Assembly: GCA_050633305.1 (NCBI GenBank)
Contig: JBOEGF010000008.1
Location: 478,474 to 542,473, forward strand
Direction: 5' to 3'
DNA from: Nannocystales bacterium
GTDB taxonomy: Bacteria; Myxococcota_A; Polyangia; Nannocystales; Nannocystaceae
Length of the DNA stretch: 64,000 nucleotides
Shown: positions 58,482-64,000 of the stretch, piece after piece
How positions within the stretch are numbered: position 1 is the stretch's first letter
Layout: every line of letters begins with the position of its first letter
Made by a program: the position numbers and the translations under genes
Notes under the pieces: generated by a model
What the model saw: only the letters and a program-made list of their open reading frames with translations
Told to the model about the DNA's origin: nothing
The model's database searches: none

Positions 58482-61364
58482 CTATCGCTCGAGCGCCGCA
58501 AGCCAGCGGTCGACCTCGGCCGCAAGCGGAGCGTCTCGGGGATTCTGACGGAGCCGGGCCGAGAGCGCCTCGGCCTGAGCACGACCCGCGATGCGGTCAC
58601 CGTGAGCATGTTCGAGCCTCGCCACGGAGAACATCGCTCCCGCGTAGCCGCGGTTGAACGCGCCCTGGCCCAGGACGTCGAGCGCGGCACGGGCCCGTTC
58701 GAGGTCCTCCGGCGCGCCGTCGGCTTCGGGGAGCAGCGCCAACATGCGCAGCTGGAGGTCCGCCCACAGGGGGTGTGCGGTTCCGACGACATCCGTGGCC
58801 TCCGCTGCAGTTTTTACAAGCTGCGCCAGACCTGCCTCGGGTTCGCCATTGCGGGCGCGGAACTCCGCCAGCGAAGCCGACGTCCGAAGAACCATCCGCA
58901 TGTCCGGCTCGGGACTCTCCCGCGAGAGCCGGGCAGCATCTTCGAACGCCACACGCGCTGCCTCCACATCGCCGAGCCCATCGAGGGCGGCACCGACGAG
59001 CTCACGAGCGCCTGCGGTGACCGGGTGCGCATCCCCCATCTTGGCTTGGGCATCTGCATGCACCGAGACCCCAAGCTCGAAGGCGTCTTCGTAGCGTTCT
59101 TGGTCCAGCAGCGAGGTCACCAGGCTGGTCCGACAATCCAGCACATAGGGATGAGACTCCCCGATCCCGCGAGCCAACATCGCAATCCCGCGTCGCATCT
59201 TCTCTTCGGCATCTTGCGACCGACCCATGGCAGCGAGAGCCTGGCCCCAGCGATACAACGCGTCTCCCAGGTCCGGGTGGTCGTCCCACAGGTCTCCATA
59301 GATTCGAGACGCGCGCTCGAACAGAGCGGCGGATTCTGTGGGGTCCGCGGTCGTGAGGCCGCGGTTGAACGCGAGCGCGGCGACGTTGTGCGCATGCGGG
59401 CCGTCCACGACCTCCGCGATCTCCATCGCGGTGGCAAAGGCCTGCCGGGCGTCCTCTCGCCGCTCGAGGTGCAAGTAGACCCCACCGAGTTTTCGCAGCG
59501 ACGTGATGCGCTCGTGCGCGGAGGCTGTCGGATCGTCCTTCATCGCCTCCGCAGACTTCTCGAACAGTGCGGCTGCTTGTTCATGCTGCCCCGCGTTGAA
59601 GTACACGTTGGCCAGCGCAGCCCACAGGTGCGCTTGCGGCTCGGTGACGCCCAGGCGCTCCGCCGCTGCCTCGCTATGCCGGGCCCACTCGAGCGCCTCC
59701 AGCGGGCGCGAGCTCTCGACGCCGATCAGTTCAGTGAGCCGGGCGGAGGCCGACATCGCGAGTTCATGGTCGGACAGGCCCACCGCCAACTGATAGGCCG
59801 ACACCAAGGCCTCCTCGGACGCCTTGGTGTTTCCTCGGACCAGCTCGATGTCGGCCCGAGCCGAGGCCACCCGAGCCTGGAGCGGCTCGTAGCGCAGCTC
59901 GAGCGCGGTGGTTGCCAGCCCATCGAGCAGCGCGGCGGCTTCGTCGTACTGATCCGCGGTGCGCAACACCGCCACCGTGGCGAGCTGTGCGTCCGCCCGA
60001 GCAACCGCCGCCACGATCCGCGACGGCAGGACCGCCGCAGGACCCCCCCGTTGGCACGACCCCGTCGACGCTGCGTGGTGAACCGCGGCTTCGATCCGGC
60101 CGAGCTGGGTCTCGTCGGCTCCGGGTGCCGCCTCGACGAGACCCGCGAGCGCCAGGTAGCGACGACGTAGACACGCGAGTTCGGAGTCGAGTTCGACGTG
60201 GCCGTCGTCGACCTTCCGGCCTTCACATGCCTGCGTGTACGCATCGGTCAGCCCGTTCATCTGGGCGGTGACCGTCTCGTCGAACGCGGGCCACTGCTGC
60301 TCACGACCGTGTTCGTTGAAGGCGGACCGCGTGGCGAGTCGACGGGAGCTCGACCAGTCACCGTCGCGCCGGGAACGCAACGCGTCGCACGGGTCCGAGT
60401 TGCCCAGCGTCGGGAACATCGCCACGAGAATCGCTCCAGCAGCGATCTTCCAGCCGATCCAACCCGTCGCAAACACGACCGCACGCAACGGCCCCTTGGG
60501 CTTGACCGGAACGCGCAACTCGACGAGCAGTGTGGCCATCGAAGGCCAGCGATCCGCAGGCTTGGCCTCGAGGCCTCGGGCCAGCGCATCGACAATGCGC
60601 TTGGGGACCGATGTCTTTTCGGGCCGGACCAGGCGGCGGCCCTCCGTCGCACGCCGCATCCCGTGCGCCGTGTCGGCGGCGAACGGACGGCCACCGAACA
60701 ACGCCTGCCACAGCGCCACGCAAAAGCTGAACTGATCGGACTGCGGCGTGGCGTTGCGGCCTCGCAGACACTCCGGGGCCATGTACGCCGGCGTCCCCGC
60801 GATCGAATCCGGAGGCAGATCGCCAGTGCCCGCTGTGCTCTCGGTCGCCAACCCGAAGTCCAAGACCCGCACCCGACCATCCCCCGCCATCAAGGCGTTC
60901 GAGGGCTTGAAGTCGCGGTGCACGATGCCGGCTTCGTGGGCAGCCTGGAGCCCCTCACCCGCCTGCAGGTAGGCCCGCACAATCTCGGCCCACGGAGGCT
61001 TTTCGTCGGCGACCCAGTGCCCAAGCGTCGCCCCGTCGACCAGCTCCATCGCGATGAAGACCTGGTTTCCGTCGGTACCGACTTCGAAGACTTCGACGAC
61101 GTTCGGATGCGACACGGACGCCAGCGCCCGCGCTTCCCGCAGAAGCGTGTCCGGGTCGAACGGGCCCGCGGCGCCAGCGCGTCCCCCCTGAAGCACCTTG
61201 ATCGCGACCGGTCGCTTCAGGCTTGGGTCGTGTCCCCGGAAGACCTGCCCCATCCCGCCCGACCCGATCCGCCCGGCGATGCGGTAGCGCCCGATTTTCG
61301 AGGGGAAACCCGAAAACAGGCGCCTCGAGAGCGATGCTCCCACCCGCGCGAGGTCTCGGTCCAC
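58482..61364 (-). CDS. Membrane Ser/Thr protein kinase with TPR repeats
   Basis: IGSGGMGQVF, VAIK, HRDFKPSN, DFG, GTPAYMAPE, TM, DHPD/GESHP TPRs. Confidence 0.95.
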   Translation of the reverse strand: MDRDLARVGASLSRRLFSGFPSKIGRYRIAGRIGSGGMGQVFRGHDPSLKRPVAIKVLQGGRAGAAGPFDPDTLLREARALASVSHPNVVEVFEVGTDGNQVFIAMELVDGATLGHWVADEKPPWAEIVRAYLQAGEGLQAAHEAGIVHRDFKPSNALMAGDGRVRVLDFGLATESTAGTGDLPPDSIAGTPAYMAPECLRGRNATPQSDQFSFCVALWQALFGGRPFAADTAHGMRRATEGRRLVRPEKTSVPKRIVDALARGLEAKPADRWPSMATLLVELRVPVKPKGPLRAVVFATGWIGWKIAAGAILVAMFPTLGNSDPCDALRSRRDGDWSSSRRLATRSAFNEHGREQQWPAFDETVTAQMNGLTDAYTQACEGRKVDDGHVELDSELACLRRRYLALAGLVEAAPGADETQLGRIEAAVHHAASTGSCQRGGPAAVLPSRIVAAVARADAQLATVAVLRTADQYDEAAALLDGLATTALELRYEPLQARVASARADIELVRGNTKASEEALVSAYQLAVGLSDHELAMSASARLTELIGVESSRPLEALEWARHSEAAAERLGVTEPQAHLWAALANVYFNAGQHEQAAALFEKSAEAMKDDPTASAHERITSLRKLGGVYLHLERREDARQAFATAMEIAEVVDGPHAHNVAALAFNRGLTTADPTESAALFERASRIYGDLWDDHPDLGDALYRWGQALAAMGRSQDAEEKMRRGIAMLARGIGESHPYVLDCRTSLVTSLLDQERYEDAFELGVSVHADAQAKMGDAHPVTAGARELVGAALDGLGDVEAARVAFEDAARLSRESPEPDMRMVLRTSASLAEFRARNGEPEAGLAQLVKTAAEATDVVGTAHPLWADLQLRMLALLPEADGAPEDLERARAALDVLGQGAFNRGYAGAMFSVARLEHAHGDRIAGRAQAEALSARLRQNPRDAPLAAEVDRWLAALER

Positions 61365-62004
61365 GGGCGGAGCGTAGCAGGCCACAAAAGGCCCGCGCAC
61401 GCCCGACCCTCGTTCCGCCTCGAGCGCAGCTCATGCCCTCGACGCGATCACGCATGAAGGACTTGGGCCGCGGGCTAGAAGCGGAACCGGAACAGTCGCA
61501 GGGTGCTGCACGGTTCGCGGCGAAGCGTCGGGTTCGAAGACCAGCAAGGCGCCATGACGAGGTTTTGAGCCGTGCTCCAGCGCGCCGAACCCAAAACCGG
61601 CCTCGCGGAATAGAATCGAAGGACGACCCCTGTACACAGTGCTAGGACGTCTCGGAGGTCCCGCACGGCGCGCGTCTCTTCTTCGTGCGTAGGGCCTGGC
61701 CGCCCTCCTCTGCTCGGGGACCGCGCTCGCCGCGTGCGCGCCGTCTCACGAGGCCCGTTCGCATCCCGATGGTCGGCGACAAGGTCGAGCACCCGCGCGG
61801 CCTCAGCGACGCGCCCCCCACCCAACCCCTCGCTGGAGCACTCCGAGCGGGTGGCGTCGACGACACTGGAAGGGTTGGGTCCGGGTACCTGCTTTCCCGC
61901 GAGATCGCGCGAAGTGGGCCCCCCAAGCCTCGGTACGGACGGCGTCGGACGAGGTGGCCCGCCGCACTTTGCGGGGGAGGTACACGCGGGTAGGATGCGC
62001 CCCC

Positions 62005-62715
62005 GTGTTCGTCCGTCTCCTTCATGCTGCCGTCGCGATGAGCCTCGCCTCGGAGCCCGCCGCGGCTCCGGACACCGCCGAAGCTCCCGCGACACCGGCG
62101 AGCCCAGCCGACGAACCCAGCACGCCTGAGTCAGATGCTCCTGCGGCCGACGCCGACACGGCCGCGGACGAGCCCGTTCCCGCCGACGCCAACGCACCGG
62201 ATTCTCCGGCCGACGAGGCTGCCACGGAAGAGGCTCTCGCCGACGAGCCCCCCGCCGACGAACCCCCCTCCGACGAGACCTCTGAGGACGAGACCGAGAC
62301 GTCCGCAGCCACCGACGTTGCGACACCGCCCCCGGCCGCAACCGAGGCACCCCGTCCTGTCCGGGGCCTCCCGTCCTCTGGCCGTGACAACGACATCGTT
62401 CGCAAGGCGCTCATCGGAGGCGGAGTTGCTTCGCTCACCCTCACCGCGGGCCTGATCGGGACCAGCGCATGGGCGTGGACCGAACACAACCGAGCGAAGC
62501 GGGCTGCTCCCAACCTCATGGATCAAGCCCGGCTCGACGCCGAGGATCGCCAAGACCAGATGCGGACCATCGGCGCCGTGACCACCGCAGCGGCGGTGTT
62601 GTACGGCACCACCGGCGTGGTCCTCCTGCTGCTCAACGCTCGCGATCGCAAGCAGACCCCCCGGACGGTCCTTGCACCGAACCCGGGTGGGCTGAGCCTC
62701 GTCGGCCGGTTCTAG
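62005..62715 (+). CDS. Secreted protein with Pro/Asp/Ala linker and C-terminal ...GGLSLVGRF module
   Basis: Signal-like N-terminus, PADE repeats, two hydrophobic helices, terminal Phe. Confidence 0.7.
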   Translation: MFVRLLHAAVAMSLASEPAAAPDTAEAPATPASPADEPSTPESDAPAADADTAADEPVPADANAPDSPADEAATEEALADEPPADEPPSDETSEDETETSAATDVATPPPAATEAPRPVRGLPSSGRDNDIVRKALIGGGVASLTLTAGLIGTSAWAWTEHNRAKRAAPNLMDQARLDAEDRQDQMRTIGAVTTAAAVLYGTTGVVLLLLNARDRKQTPRTVLAPNPGGLSLVGRF

Positions 62716-62773
62716 AAGACATCTCGTCGCCACCCGGTTTCGTCTCGCCGCGTCGCGACGACGAGGTGTGCGC

Positions 62774-63490
62774 TCAGTCGTCTTCGCCGTCGTCGTCGTC
62801 GCCGATATCCTCGACAACTACGAACGTTGTCGAAAGGCGATTTGAGCGCGTGCCACCAGTACGCTCCGCCTCAACCTCCACGGTCCATTCGCCGACCTCC
62901 GTGAGCTCGACGCCGAAGTCCACCGACAGCGTGCCTCGCTCGACCCCATGGAGCACCTCGGAAACGGACTCGCCGGAGGTGTCGCGCGGCGAAGAGAGGA
63001 AACAAGTCGCGGCGGCCGTCATCGTCCCTCCCCCTTCGAACTCGCACGTGAACCCAGGTCGCATCGTCGCCGTGTCCCCAGGCTCAGGCTCAGGCTCAGG
63101 GTTCCCCTCGGTATCCGATTCGCCGTCAGTATCCGGTTCGCCGTCTGCATCTGCTTCGCCGTTTGCGCCCCCAGCTGCATCGCCGTCCGCATCCGTCGAG
63201 ACCATGTCCTCCTCGTCGACCAACTCCTCGACGACTCTGCCGCTCGGCGTCGTCACAAAGACACGGATTTCCCTCAGCGCGCCCAGGCTATCCTCGAACG
63301 CGAAACGGGACGAGAGCGACGCCACGCCGCCCAGCGGGAACCTCGACTCCTCCAGGACGAACACCTCGCAGGCGGGGCAGTTCTCTGTCCCTACGCCGTG
63401 CAAGCGAGGCGGAAACTCGTAGGTCTCGCAGCTACTGAGCCCGAGAGCGGCGGCGCCCACCAGTGAAACAAGAAGCAAACCGCGTCGCAT
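62774..63490 (-). CDS. Lipoprotein, acidic, with CPAC motif
   Basis: Lipobox LGLSSC; ATG directly abuts the cytochrome c stop. Confidence 0.7.
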   Translation of the reverse strand: MRRGLLLVSLVGAAALGLSSCETYEFPPRLHGVGTENCPACEVFVLEESRFPLGGVASLSSRFAFEDSLGALREIRVFVTTPSGRVVEELVDEEDMVSTDADGDAAGGANGEADADGEPDTDGESDTEGNPEPEPEPGDTATMRPGFTCEFEGGGTMTAAATCFLSSPRDTSGESVSEVLHGVERGTLSVDFGVELTEVGEWTVEVEAERTGGTRSNRLSTTFVVVEDIGDDDDGEDD

Positions 63491-64000
63491 CTACTTGCCC
63501 AGACCGCGCGAGTAGGTGGAAACCGCATCGATTTCTTCGGGTGTCAGCTTGCCCTTGAAGGCCTTCATCTTGGTGCCTGACTTGCCGTTGCTGACGATGT
63601 CCTTGATCTTGGACATCGACCACTTTCCCTTCCACCCGGACTCCTTCCACGACGGGATGTCGTGCTTCGTCGCCAGCTTGGTGTCAGCGGCTCCGGTGGT
63701 GCCATGGCAGTTCTTGCACTTCTTCAAGTACAAGGCTTTGCCGTCAACGCCGCTGGGCGCAGGCTCGGCCTTCGGCTTGTCCGCCTTCGGCTTCGGCTCT
63801 GCCTTCGGCTTGTCGCCCTTGGGCTTGGCGTCCGCTTTTGCGACCTCTTCGGGCTCGGCCGTTTCGTCTGCGGAGCCCTCGGGCTTCGCCTCCGCGGCAT
63901 CCGCGGGCTTCGCTTCCACGGCGTCGGCTGGCTTCGCTTCTGCGGCGTCGGCTGGCTTCGCTTCCACGGCGCCAGCGGGCTTCGCTTCCGCGGCGTCGGC
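63491..64000 (-). CDS. Class I c-type cytochrome (c6/c553-like) with long repeat linker; 5' end outside the window
   Basis: GKALYLKKCKNCHG, distal Met in KMKAF, LTPEEIDAV. Confidence 0.9.
   Translation of the reverse strand, partial: ADAAEAKPAGAVEAKPADAAEAKPADAVEAKPADAAEAKPEGSADETAEPEEVAKADAKPKGDKPKAEPKPKADKPKAEPAPSGVDGKALYLKKCKNCHGTTGAADTKLATKHDIPSWKESGWKGKWSMSKIKDIVSNGKSGTKMKAFKGKLTPEEIDAVSTYSRGLGK
63881..64000. repeat. 24-bp coding tandem repeat x5 or more (ADA[A/V]EAKP)
   Basis: Units at 63881, 63905, 63929, 63953, 63977. Confidence 0.9.

Overview
This is a high-GC (about 68-70% by eye), gene-dense chromosomal window of about 52 CDS. The gene content (Ser/Thr kinase-TPR proteins, FHA-sigma54 activator, DUF1592/DUF1552 pair, Cys-rich repeat lipoproteins, myxobacterial-type TonB receptor) suggests a myxobacterium, probably Nannocystaceae-like; that placement is inference. 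No rRNA, tRNA, CRISPR or transposase was seen. Housekeeping genes include tatBC, tadA, an acyl-CoA dehydrogenase, gltS, a tal-pgi fusion, glk and fadD. The most notable features are: (1) a complete six-gene ebo cluster split into two convergent halves (eboDEC + and eboABF -). The halves enclose a histone-like/wHTH DNA-binding protein, a carnosine-N-methyltransferase (CARNMT1/N2227)-like enzyme with a Zn-ribbon and a PqqD/RRE-like tail, and a DUF1592/DUF1552 pair. (2) A catalytically degenerate MBL/beta-CASP-like protein ending in a beta-clamp-type motif (QLSLL), translationally coupled to tadA. (3) A TANNNT -10 box 6-8 nt before the start codon of about 12 genes, which points to widespread leaderless mRNAs. 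(4) A compact TetR/cytochrome P450 divergon with two visible palindromic operators. All family calls come from motif recognition by eye, not database searches.
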